Source: an uncultured Pseudomonadota bacterium | GTDB taxonomy: Bacteria > Pseudomonadota > Alphaproteobacteria > Rs-D84 | Direction of reading: 5' to 3' | Length of the DNA: 64,000 bases | Assembly (NCBI GenBank): GCA_902771695.1 | Contig: CACXXP010000003.1 | Location: 2,640 to 66,639 of the forward strand | Shown here: positions 25,959-34,645 of the stretch, one piece after another | How positions within the stretch are numbered: position 1 is the first letter of the stretch | Layout of the letters: every line of letters starts with the position of its first letter | The notes under the pieces: generated by a model | Seen by the model: the letters and a program-made list of their open reading frames with translations, nothing else | Databases searched by the model: none | Told to the model about the DNA's origin: nothing | Program-made: the position numbers and the translations under genes

Positions 25959-27518
25959 TTACAAATCAATATCATCTGGTATCGCATCAATGTCTATGGG
26001 GGTTGGTGCGCCAGATGATTCATCTGATTCTGGGATTGGCGTATCCACAAATTCAGGAACATGATTCGGCATATCGTCCAGATTATCAAATAAACTGAAT
26101 TCCGCCAAGAATGCCAAATGAATCGTGTCGGTGCGACCGTGACGGTTCTTGCCGATAATAAGGTCTGCCTTACCTTTTGCTTTTTCATAGCGCATTTGCC
26201 ATGAATTTACAGATTTTTCATTGGGTGTATTGGAAATTCTGTGCGATGGGTCACGGTTTTGCAGATAATATTCTTCACGGTATGTAAACAGTACGATGTC
26301 AGCATCTTGTTCAATGGACCCCGAATCACGCAAGTCCGCCAATTGTGGACGTTTATCATCGCGTGATTCAACACTGCGTGACAATTGAGATAACGCAATC
26401 ACAGGCACATTTAATTCTTTGGCCAGCATTTTTAACCCACGTGTAATTTCAGATAATTCTTGAACACGATTGTCTTTGTTTTTACCGCCCGGCGAGGTAA
26501 TAAGTTGCAAATAGTCAATCACAATCAGCGCCAAACCATTATATTTGCGGGCCAACCTGCGTGCACGTGTGCGAATCATCGGCACAGACATCCCCGGCGT
26601 GTCGTCAATAAACAATGGAATACGACTGATTGCATCAGAAAATTGGGTCAGTTTCAGAAAATCTTCATCGGTCAAAGATTTGCCTTCGCGCATCGCGGAT
26701 GCCGGAATACGCGATTGTGACGATAAAACACGTGCCGCCAATTCGGATGCGCCCATTTCCAAACTAAAAAATGCAACGGCACCTGTATATTGTGGATTGG
26801 CGCGTCCAGAATATATGGCGTTCGCCGCATTAAATGCGATATTCATTGCCAATGCGGTTTTACCCATACCTGGACGGCCGGCAATGATAATTAAGTTGGA
26901 TTTATGCATACCACTGATTGCATGATCCAAATCGGTCAGACCTGTTGTCAACCCAGATAAATTACCGTCGGCCTTGTACGCGATTTCGGTTTCCGTCAGT
27001 GCCTCTTTTAATGCATTTGCAATTGGAACAACATCGCGTCCGGTTTCGCCGGTTGTCGCCAAATTAAACAGTTTTTGTTCGGCTTTTTCTATTTGTGCCG
27101 ATACCGGATTGTCCAAATCTTCTACAAATGCGTCATCAGTAATGGATTGCCCCAGATTTATCAAATCGCGACGCAGGGCATTATCATGGACGATTCGCGC
27201 ATATTGTTCAACGTTTACAACGGTCGCACTGGCCCCGGCCAATTGGGTCAAGTAATCAACACCGCCCACAGATTCCAATACACCTTGTTGGTCCAAATAA
27301 TTCTTGATAGTGATTATATCAAACTGGGCCCCGGTTGCGAACAAGCGCATCGCCAGTTTATATATTTCTTGATGGGCGGGGTGCGAAAAATCTTCGGGTC
27401 GCAAGAAATCAGAAATCTTTTCTAATGCGCGGTTGCTGACCAATACCGCCGCCAAAACGGCCTGTTCGGCTTCTATATTCGTTGGTAAAGTTTTGGGAGT
27501 GAAGTCCATGTCTGACAT
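25959..27518 (-). CDS. dnaB: Replicative DNA helicase DnaB
   Basis: N-terminal LPTNIEAEQAVLAAVL, Walker A GRPGMGKTA, DYLQL and the RecA-like core. The true start is taken as MSDMDF (27518), not the 605-aa track ORF. Confidence 0.9.
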   Translation of the reverse strand: MSDMDFTPKTLPTNIEAEQAVLAAVLVSNRALEKISDFLRPEDFSHPAHQEIYKLAMRLFATGAQFDIITIKNYLDQQGVLESVGGVDYLTQLAGASATVVNVEQYARIVHDNALRRDLINLGQSITDDAFVEDLDNPVSAQIEKAEQKLFNLATTGETGRDVVPIANALKEALTETEIAYKADGNLSGLTTGLTDLDHAISGMHKSNLIIIAGRPGMGKTALAMNIAFNAANAIYSGRANPQYTGAVAFFSLEMGASELAARVLSSQSRIPASAMREGKSLTDEDFLKLTQFSDAISRIPLFIDDTPGMSVPMIRTRARRLARKYNGLALIVIDYLQLITSPGGKNKDNRVQELSEITRGLKMLAKELNVPVIALSQLSRSVESRDDKRPQLADLRDSGSIEQDADIVLFTYREEYYLQNRDPSHRISNTPNEKSVNSWQMRYEKAKGKADLIIGKNRHGRTDTIHLAFLAEFSLFDNLDDMPNHVPEFVDTPIPESDESSGAPTPIDIDAIPDDIDL

Positions 27519-28350
27519 AGTATATGAAAAAAATGTTTTTTCAACACCTTTTTTGGCTGGGTATGATGAATTGAAAATACCAATAATTGACAATACCGGA
27601 AATCCAGTTTGGCCGGCGGTTTTCCCAATTGACAAGATAAATAAAATCAAAGAAACCGTTGGTGAACGGCATTTTTTGGCCCAAATGATGTTGGAATATG
27701 TGCCAGATGGACGGGTCAGATTGGACCCCGGAACCATTAAAATGTATGACAATGATTTTGATGGTCGTTCATGCAAAATTGGTGATAATCAAATTACCGG
27801 GGTCGGTGTTTATTGGGACCCGTCCAGTGGACGTAAAAATGCCGATAACAGTGTATGTGTTTTGGTGTATCGTGACGATAAAAATAAAAGGGTCTTTATT
27901 CACGATATTTTGTATATGGTTGTACCAGATGCGGTTGAATACCCGCTGTCTTATCAATGTGATTTGGTATTGGATTTTGTGCGGCGGCACCGTGTGCCCA
28001 GTATTTCCATAGAAACAAATGGTATCGGTGGGGCGTTGCCCGAAATAATGCGAACAATTATTTCCCGCGAAAATCGTGGAATACAAATCCGCCCTGTAAA
28101 TAACAGTCGGAATAAACAAAATCGTATTTTAGATGCGATTGAACCATTATTAAATACAGGGCGTCTGTATGCGCATCGGCGAATAACCCAGACCCCAATA
28201 ATATCAGAAATGTTGGCCTGGACGCCATTTGGTGGTGGTGAACACGATGACGGATTGGATGCAATTGCAGGTGCGATTGCAATGCAACCAATTGCGATAC
28301 ATCCAATTGGTCAAAATGTTTTTACTGCAAATACAAACTTTAATGTTTAA
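27508..28350 (+). CDS. Terminase large subunit, C-terminal nuclease fragment
   Basis: RNaseH-like acidic motifs GVYWDPSSG and EHDDGLDAIAGA. The ATG at 27508 has SD GGGAG 8 nt upstream. Confidence 0.65.
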   Translation: MSDIVYEKNVFSTPFLAGYDELKIPIIDNTGNPVWPAVFPIDKINKIKETVGERHFLAQMMLEYVPDGRVRLDPGTIKMYDNDFDGRSCKIGDNQITGVGVYWDPSSGRKNADNSVCVLVYRDDKNKRVFIHDILYMVVPDAVEYPLSYQCDLVLDFVRRHRVPSISIETNGIGGALPEIMRTIISRENRGIQIRPVNNSRNKQNRILDAIEPLLNTGRLYAHRRITQTPIISEMLAWTPFGGGEHDDGLDAIAGAIAMQPIAIHPIGQNVFTANTNFNV

Positions 28351-28372
28351 CAAAAAAAACAAAGGAATAAAA

Positions 28373-29599
28373 ATGAAATACGATTTACAAAAAATGTATT
28401 CACGTGCAATTGCAATGCGTGAACCATGGATTACCCGTTGGGCCGATGCGCGCAAATATACAATGCCGACCACAAACGAAGATTCGGCGATGCTGTTTGA
28501 TGCAACGGCTGCAGATGCCGCAGATAATTTGGCGGCGTGTATATATTCACTATTAACACCGCCGGAATCATTGTGGTTAACCCTGGTTCCCGAAGGCCCC
28601 GATTCCCCAGATGCGTCTGTGGCAACGGCTGCACTGCGCGCAAATCTGAACGATTCTAATTTTTATACGACGGTTCATCAGTGCTATATGGATTTAGTGA
28701 CATTGGGAACCGCGTGTTTGTTCATGGCCGAAAGTCCGATTGGGACATCCAGTGCATTTTCATTTACGGCGATTCCAATGTCAGATATCGCCATTTTACC
28801 GAATGCAGTATTTCATACGGCATCTGTTTCAATTGCGGATGTTATGGCGCGTTATCCAGAATGGACACCAACACATGAAATCGCCGACAAATTAAAGAAA
28901 GATAATGATTTTTCTGTGCGTTTGGTGCAATCGTTGATTGGTACAGATTTTACTGCATGGTTGGATGTCGGGGGCGATATAGAAAACAATATAGTATCGC
29001 GTGGAACATTTGAAACAAATCCATATTTAATTTTTAGGTGGTCGGTAACATCTGGGGAACAATATGGGGTCGGCCCAATATTGCGTGCATTGCCCGATAT
29101 TAAGACAGCAAACAAGGTCGTTGAATTGGTGTTGAAAAACGCGACCATCGCCGTCAGTGGTATATGGCAGGCCGATGATGACGGGGTTATAAACCTGAAT
29201 AATATAAATTTAACCCCAGGCGCAATAATCCCCAAGGCCGTAGGCAGTACAGGTTTAACCCCACTGGCAACGGGTGCAAATTTTGACGTATCACAAATAA
29301 TATTGAAAGATTTGCGTGACCGCATACGGCACACATTACTTGCAGACCGATTGGGATTATTGTCTGATAAAGAAATGACTGCCACAGAAATTCTTGCACG
29401 CAATGCAGATATGTTGCGTATTTTAGGGGCAACGTACGGGCGTTTGTTGCATGAATTTATACGACCATTGTGTGACCGTGGATTGCAGATATTATCACGT
29501 CGTGGCGTCATAGATAAAGTATCACTGCACAGTGATGCAGAATTGAAATATATTGCACCGATTGCGCAAATGGTGGCAGAGAATAATACTCTGATTTAA
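28373..29599 (+). CDS. Portal (head-to-tail connector) protein, T7 gp8-like
   Basis: The N-terminal pattern AMREPWITRWADARKYTMP....DATAADAADNLAA..YSLLTPPESLW is typical of the gp8-type connector family as remembered. 408 aa, follows the terminase. Confidence 0.6.
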   Translation: MKYDLQKMYSRAIAMREPWITRWADARKYTMPTTNEDSAMLFDATAADAADNLAACIYSLLTPPESLWLTLVPEGPDSPDASVATAALRANLNDSNFYTTVHQCYMDLVTLGTACLFMAESPIGTSSAFSFTAIPMSDIAILPNAVFHTASVSIADVMARYPEWTPTHEIADKLKKDNDFSVRLVQSLIGTDFTAWLDVGGDIENNIVSRGTFETNPYLIFRWSVTSGEQYGVGPILRALPDIKTANKVVELVLKNATIAVSGIWQADDDGVINLNNINLTPGAIIPKAVGSTGLTPLATGANFDVSQIILKDLRDRIRHTLLADRLGLLSDKEMTATEILARNADMLRILGATYGRLLHEFIRPLCDRGLQILSRRGVIDKVSLHSDAELKYIAPIAQMVAENNTLI

Positions 29600-29610
29600 C
29601 GAGGATAAAA

Positions 29611-29817
29611 ATGCGAGATATAGAATTGGCATATGCCAAAACTTTTTCTGGGGAATCGGGTGCGATGGTAATATCGCACCTGCGCAAAATAACCATAGAA
29701 CGTGTGTTGGGACCAAATGCCACCGATGCGGAATTACGCGCAACTGAAGGCGCACGTGCATTGGTTCACCAAATAGAAAGTTTAATATTACGGGGGCGCG
29801 AAAATGCAAAAACATAA
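29611..29817 (+). CDS. Small phage-cluster protein
   Basis: 68-aa ORF with SD GAGGA. It overlaps the next ORF by 14 nt. Confidence 0.45.
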   Translation: MRDIELAYAKTFSGESGAMVISHLRKITIERVLGPNATDAELRATEGARALVHQIESLILRGRENAKT

Positions 29818-30061
29818 TGGAATTGCGGGAATCATTGACACATTACGCAACGGGTGGTTTTTAATAGCGTTTATCGCAGGACTGATTTATTGGGTGGCAC
29901 GTCAAGATAATGCGTTGGTGGAACTGGACAGGTTGACCGTTCGTATGACGACTTTGGAAAATCGCACAACAGTACTGGAAACAGGAATAGGGCAACTGCA
30001 ATTAAAGATAGATGGAATAAAGGAAGATTTAACCCTGATTAAAACGGCCGTTATTAAATAA
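29804..30061 (+). CDS. Small membrane-anchored coiled-coil protein (holin/spanin-like)
   Basis: One TM helix (WFLIAFIAGLIYWV) followed by heptad-like LTVRMTTLENRTTVLETGIGQLQLKIDGI. Confidence 0.45.
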   Translation: MQKHNGIAGIIDTLRNGWFLIAFIAGLIYWVARQDNALVELDRLTVRMTTLENRTTVLETGIGQLQLKIDGIKEDLTLIKTAVIK

Positions 30062-30159
30062 TTTATTGATATTTATTTCTTCGTTTGTCCCCAAAATTCC
30101 CATTGACACATAGTTGCGATTTCCTTCAAAATGTTATTGAGCAACGGAAAGGATACCCC

Positions 30160-32034
30160 ATGAGAAAATACCTTGTTTTAACATCTATATTTGCATTGTC
30201 TGCGTGTGGCGGCGGCGGTGGGTCCGGTGATTTCGGCGGACACGCGGCACACCCGACAACACCGGGCAATCCACCAATTCATATGCAGGGGTTTAGTGGC
30301 GGACAAACAGTACACGCAAATAATGCGACACTTACCAACATGTCTTCGTATACCGTAGATTATGGAACAGATGAAGACACAACCAAACAGGCAATGATTG
30401 ACTATGTTAATACACATCTAGGCAACAGTCGTGGCATTTCCCAAGACCGTTCTGCAACACGTTCTTCATCCATGCGTGCACGTGACGGTGAGGTAGATGC
30501 AGAAGAATTTGCCCGTGCTGATGCGGCGATTACCGAAATGAAACAGGTGCTGTATGACATGGTTGGAAAGCCGAATAATGCCGCATTAAGAACGTATGTC
30601 ACACGGTACAGATATGCCGTGGTTAACGCATTAAAAATGCAAGATGTTGACGTCACAAACGAAACAAGTATTGATGATTTGGTGGCCGCATTTAACACAT
30701 TGAAATCTGACAAGTCATGGACAACCGACAATATAATGGCGAATTTGGATGAATTTGATGCAACCGAGTTTCATATAACAAAATTTAGAATGGAAGACAA
30801 TGTCAAATTGCATGATGCAGGGGACGCAAATGCATATTTTCAATTTGATTTGGATTCCGGTGGCACCATTACCCGTGTAGCGCTGTTTGAAGGTGATGTA
30901 CCAAATGATTATGGTTGGTTTGATAAAAACAATAATCCAAATGGCAATCAGTTTGTAAAAACGACATATGGGTACAGATTTACAATGGGAAATTTGGCAA
31001 CTGATACGCCGGGCTTAACAGACAATCAAATTGCGGCATTTACTTGGTTTAATGGTATTACAGGTAAAGACGACATTACAAATCTGCGTTTTAATAACGA
31101 TGATTCAACACTTACCAATAGTGCCAAAAAGGCGGCCATGATACAAACCATTAATCGGGAATTTAATGACTTTAAACGGGGGCAACATGACCATGAACAC
31201 GATGATGATATCGAACTTGTGCGCGCGCAGTATCTTGCACTTATAAACGCTGCGTTTACAGATTTGGAAGACGATGGTCATGATGTTGTTTTTGGCCAAC
31301 AAGTTACGCCGTTGGATTTGACTGTGACAATGATTGGCGAGGGTAAAAATTTACATCTGCAATATTCTGATTTTGGGTATGCGGATTTAAAGGATGTACA
31401 TGAACAATCTAATGGTACATTCAAAGAAAGTCATACGTATGTTCCGTATGCCGGTGGATACGATGCCCGCATAGTCAATCCAGAGGAAGATGTGACATTT
31501 ACCGGAACTGTGGTTGCGGGTATTCAATGGAGCACCAAAGCCGCAAATGGCGACGAAGATGGTGATGGAATGTTGGTTCGAAATGAAAATGCGCAATTAA
31601 CATTTGATCATACAACGGGAAAGTCGACTTTAGTTATGAATAACCTGGTCAATGACGCTGGTAAGAAATGGTATAATGTCACGGTCAGTGGCGATTTCAG
31701 TGGCGATCGTGCGGCAGATTTAAGGTTCGAATTTGATGATACAGGAAAAACCACTGACGCCGCGTATGATTTTATTTCTAATCCAGAAGATATTTCATTC
31801 GCTGCAGAAGATTGGAATGAAAGTGATAATCTGTTTAAACAAACCAATTCTCTTGATGATACCATCGACTATCGTGGTAATGCGAGGGTAGATTACTATG
31901 GTGACAGCCCCACGTCTGCACCAGGGGAAGTTACCTCCACATTTAGTTTCAGTGAGGAACAACACATAAATGACGGCCATGGCAATGAAGACCATCATGA
32001 GATTGGAATCTATGGTGCATATGGTGGTCATTAG
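30160..32034 (+). CDS. Surface lipoprotein, TbpB/fHbp-style (poly-Gly linker, His-rich patches), putative Slam substrate
   Basis: Lipobox LSACGGGGGSG, His/Asp clusters GQHDHEHDDD and GHGNEDHHE, and C-terminal beta-rich segments ending EIGIYGAYGG as in TbpB-type barrel domains. Confidence 0.5.
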   Translation: MRKYLVLTSIFALSACGGGGGSGDFGGHAAHPTTPGNPPIHMQGFSGGQTVHANNATLTNMSSYTVDYGTDEDTTKQAMIDYVNTHLGNSRGISQDRSATRSSSMRARDGEVDAEEFARADAAITEMKQVLYDMVGKPNNAALRTYVTRYRYAVVNALKMQDVDVTNETSIDDLVAAFNTLKSDKSWTTDNIMANLDEFDATEFHITKFRMEDNVKLHDAGDANAYFQFDLDSGGTITRVALFEGDVPNDYGWFDKNNNPNGNQFVKTTYGYRFTMGNLATDTPGLTDNQIAAFTWFNGITGKDDITNLRFNNDDSTLTNSAKKAAMIQTINREFNDFKRGQHDHEHDDDIELVRAQYLALINAAFTDLEDDGHDVVFGQQVTPLDLTVTMIGEGKNLHLQYSDFGYADLKDVHEQSNGTFKESHTYVPYAGGYDARIVNPEEDVTFTGTVVAGIQWSTKAANGDEDGDGMLVRNENAQLTFDHTTGKSTLVMNNLVNDAGKKWYNVTVSGDFSGDRAADLRFEFDDTGKTTDAAYDFISNPEDISFAAEDWNESDNLFKQTNSLDDTIDYRGNARVDYYGDSPTSAPGEVTSTFSFSEEQHINDGHGNEDHHEIGIYGAYGGH

Positions 32035-32043
32035 GCATATATG

Positions 32044-32076
32044 AATCCGTTAGAATGAACATTCTAACGGATTTTA
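32044..32076 (+). terminator. Hairpin terminator after the lipoprotein gene
   Basis: AATCCGTTAGAATG-aac-ATTCTAACGGATT followed by tt. Confidence 0.5.
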
Positions 32077-32085
32077 TACGTTTTT

Positions 32086-33474
32086 ATGTTAAGGTTCATA
32101 ATTTGTTTTTTATTAATTTTTGTTCAGCCCATGTTATCGTGGGCTGCATCTGGTATAGGATATAAAGAAAAACAAATATCTGAAACAGTTCAATCTGATA
32201 ATACACCACATCTGGTTATGTCTGCATTAGATGCAATGAAACTTGCCGGGCAATTGGTTAAAAAAGGTGATTATGAACATGCGCAACAAATACTTACCAA
32301 ATTGCCACAGACAGATAATATAGAGGTTGAAACAGAACGTTGGTATTTGTTGGCACAAATTTTTCAACGCACCGGCGATTATGATAATGCGATAAAAATC
32401 TATCGTCAAATATTGGATGAACAACCTGATTTAGCGAAAGTTCGTTATGAATTGGCACTGTGTCATATGGCCCAGAAACAGTGGTATCGCGCCGATTATC
32501 ATTTGCGTCTTGCGATGGCCCATGATGATTTGCCGGATGAAGTGCATCGCATGATGAATTACTATAGATACTTTGTGCGTAAAAATAAAAATTGGAATGT
32601 GTGGTTTAACTTTGGCGCCGCCCCAGACAATAATGTGAATCAGGTGGCCGGCGGTGAAGAATGTATCACAAATGAATATGGGGTATTCTGTCATCAATTA
32701 CCGGATCCTATATCTGCCATTGGATACAATTTAACCTTGGGTGGAAATTATGAATCCAAATTAGGTGAACATTGGCGTTGGAAAAGTGATGCAAATCTGT
32801 ATTCTAATATTTACAGTAAACACGATTATGATGATTTATACCTTGGTGGTTCAACTGGACCACGTTATGTATGGAACAGTGGGGACATATGGGTTGCCGG
32901 AATATTTTCAAGACGATTCTATGGTTGGGATGGATACAATTTATCATATGGTGGTAAAATGGATGCAAATTTTGACTTGTCGCGACATTGGGGGGTGGGA
33001 CTAGCCCTTGCCATGACGAATAACCTGTATGATGATTATGCGAAATATATGAATGGACAGACATATTCAGGTAATTCGCGAATATCGTATTCTTTTGATG
33101 CATCAAAATATTTGATTCTGCGTGGTGGCGTCACACGTGAATATGCCAACAATGATATTTATAAAAATTGGCGGTACACATTGGCACTGGGATTTGGGGC
33201 GGAATTGCCGTGGGGATTTCATGTTTATATAGAACCATCTTTGGGACGGACGAAATACGATGGCCCACGTTGGGCGGTTAAAAATGGTTCATACAGGCAG
33301 ATTGTTGAAAATGATTGGACACAACGTTATGCGATATCATTATCAAATAATAAATTTGATATATGGGGATTTGTGCCTACATTAACCTTTTCGTACAGCC
33401 GTCGCGATTCAAATATATGGCAACGCGAATACGACAAAACAGCGATAGAATTTACATTTAACCAGCGATTCTAG
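32086..33474 (+). CDS. Surface lipoprotein assembly modifier (Slam, DUF560-like): TPR N-domain plus beta-barrel
   Basis: Signal peptide, TPR-like repeats (GDYEHAQQIL.., GDYDNAIKIYRQIL..), then WNVWFNFGAAPDNNVNQ and a Gly/Tyr-rich barrel ending ...FTFNQRF. Confidence 0.6.
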   Translation: MLRFIICFLLIFVQPMLSWAASGIGYKEKQISETVQSDNTPHLVMSALDAMKLAGQLVKKGDYEHAQQILTKLPQTDNIEVETERWYLLAQIFQRTGDYDNAIKIYRQILDEQPDLAKVRYELALCHMAQKQWYRADYHLRLAMAHDDLPDEVHRMMNYYRYFVRKNKNWNVWFNFGAAPDNNVNQVAGGEECITNEYGVFCHQLPDPISAIGYNLTLGGNYESKLGEHWRWKSDANLYSNIYSKHDYDDLYLGGSTGPRYVWNSGDIWVAGIFSRRFYGWDGYNLSYGGKMDANFDLSRHWGVGLALAMTNNLYDDYAKYMNGQTYSGNSRISYSFDASKYLILRGGVTREYANNDIYKNWRYTLALGFGAELPWGFHVYIEPSLGRTKYDGPRWAVKNGSYRQIVENDWTQRYAISLSNNKFDIWGFVPTLTFSYSRRDSNIWQREYDKTAIEFTFNQRF

Positions 33475-33812
33475 AATGCGTTTTTTATCCAGTTTATATG
33501 AAATCCGTGGATAATAATTACATCAAACCTGGCATCACAGTTTAAACGTTTTGTAAGCAAATATGTTTCGGCGGCACGGCGCAGACGTCCCTGTTGTGCG
33601 GTTGAAATTGCACCCCATGCGGCATCTATGGTTTTGCGATATTTTACTTCCACAAATACAATTAAATTACGACGACGGGCAACGATGTCTATTTCGGCAC
33701 GACCGGTATGTTTGCCGGTTGTATACCGCCGACATACAATCCGAAAACCGTGCAGAATCAAATACACGCATGCGATAAATTCAGAAAATAAACCTGTTTT
33801 ATACGAATCCAT
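33471..33812 (-). CDS. yraN: YraN-family (UPF0102) endonuclease-like protein
   Basis: GRAEIDIVARRRNLIVFVEVKYR motif. 113 aa. Confidence 0.8.
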   Translation of the reverse strand: MDSYKTGLFSEFIACVYLILHGFRIVCRRYTTGKHTGRAEIDIVARRRNLIVFVEVKYRKTIDAAWGAISTAQQGRLRRAAETYLLTKRLNCDARFDVIIIHGFHINWIKNAF

Positions 33813-33817
33813 ATCTT

Positions 33818-34642
33818 TTAGAAAGCATAAGGTTTCGCCGCAAAATTATCCATTGCTTGTTGAATATTTGTGGCACTATCATCGGCCTGGCGACCGCAAT
33901 CCACCAGTTCTAGTTCGCCATAGTATGCCGTCATTAACGGATCAAATGCGTTATCTGAACTGGCCCATTTATCATTACCGGCATTTGGTTCGCCATATTT
34001 TTCCAATACACCTTGCCACCATGCCATAATCTTTTTATTTTTTTGGTTTTCAAATTTTTCGTCCATGCCTTCTTCGTCATTGGCATCGTTTTTATAAACA
34101 ATTTTCCAAACGACATTATCGGTGGCATTACTGGTAAAATAGACATCAATCGTTTCACCGGTAACATCGCGTACCAAATGTAATTCAGATGCATACAGCA
34201 CCCCACGATTTCGTGCCAACGATTTTATACACTGATCCAATTTGGCGGGCATGTAAATCTGTTGACGACGACATTCATAATCCAGGTTATATTTCCAATC
34301 TTTGTGTATAGAATAAACAACACTGTCTTTGGGACGGTTTTTATACAACCCATTTTCACGCGCGACCATTTGTGCTTCGTCAAAGGTCATCCCCAACATA
34401 ATGCCGGCAATATCAAAACCGTTTGCGGCAACCGGCGCAGCGTCATTGTTTATCTGTATCTTTGTCATGCGACATTCGGTATTGTCATCATCTTCGGTTT
34501 CAATTGCATATTCACCCATATCATCGCCCAGGCCTTCTTCGCCAGAATCAAATTCTTCAAAATCAAATTCGTCCGCATTGCACAATGGCATTACGCATAA
34601 AATTGAACATATCGCAAACAAAAAAACAAATACGCGTTTCAT
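33818..34642 (-). CDS. Hypothetical secreted acidic protein
   Basis: Signal peptide and an Asp/Glu-rich N-terminal region. Last gene of the VirB7/VirB8-like operon. Confidence 0.55.
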   Translation of the reverse strand: MKRVFVFLFAICSILCVMPLCNADEFDFEEFDSGEEGLGDDMGEYAIETEDDDNTECRMTKIQINNDAAPVAANGFDIAGIMLGMTFDEAQMVARENGLYKNRPKDSVVYSIHKDWKYNLDYECRRQQIYMPAKLDQCIKSLARNRGVLYASELHLVRDVTGETIDVYFTSNATDNVVWKIVYKNDANDEEGMDEKFENQKNKKIMAWWQGVLEKYGEPNAGNDKWASSDNAFDPLMTAYYGELELVDCGRQADDSATNIQQAMDNFAAKPYAF

Positions 34643-34645
34643 CTA

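Larger units (their letters stand above)
17790..30061. mobile_element. Compact T7-type podovirus-like structural/lysis gene cluster (cryptic prophage or GTA-like element) interrupted by a dnaB module
   Basis: Contiguous lysin, holin-like, scaffold, capsid, gp11-like, gp12-like, terminase (split) and portal ORFs. No integrase, polymerase, core or fibre genes were seen. Confidence 0.7.

Noticed and set aside
25959-27518. Intein or other insertion within DnaB
   Set aside because: At 519 aa, with a contiguous Walker A to C-terminal core and only a short acidic tail, there is no room for an intein.
24150-27540. Inverted or direct repeats at the borders of the dnaB insert that would indicate an invertase- or integrase-mediated switch
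   Set aside because: Only 6-7-nt similarities (GATATAC / GTATATG) were visible by eye, which is too short to count as recombination sites. A computational repeat search is still needed.
25959-27776. The 605-aa version of the DnaB ORF in the track, with 86 extra N-terminal residues
   Set aside because: The extension has no DnaB-like sequence and is antisense to the terminase-C fragment. The canonical DnaB N-terminus (..LPTNIEAEQAVL..) begins about 10 aa after the MSDMDF start at 27518.
30062-30159. Possible Zur/Fur box upstream of the His-rich lipoprotein (AATGTTAT half-site near 30130)
   Set aside because: Only one half-site matches by eye, and no convincing palindrome is present. It is left as something to test rather than a called feature.
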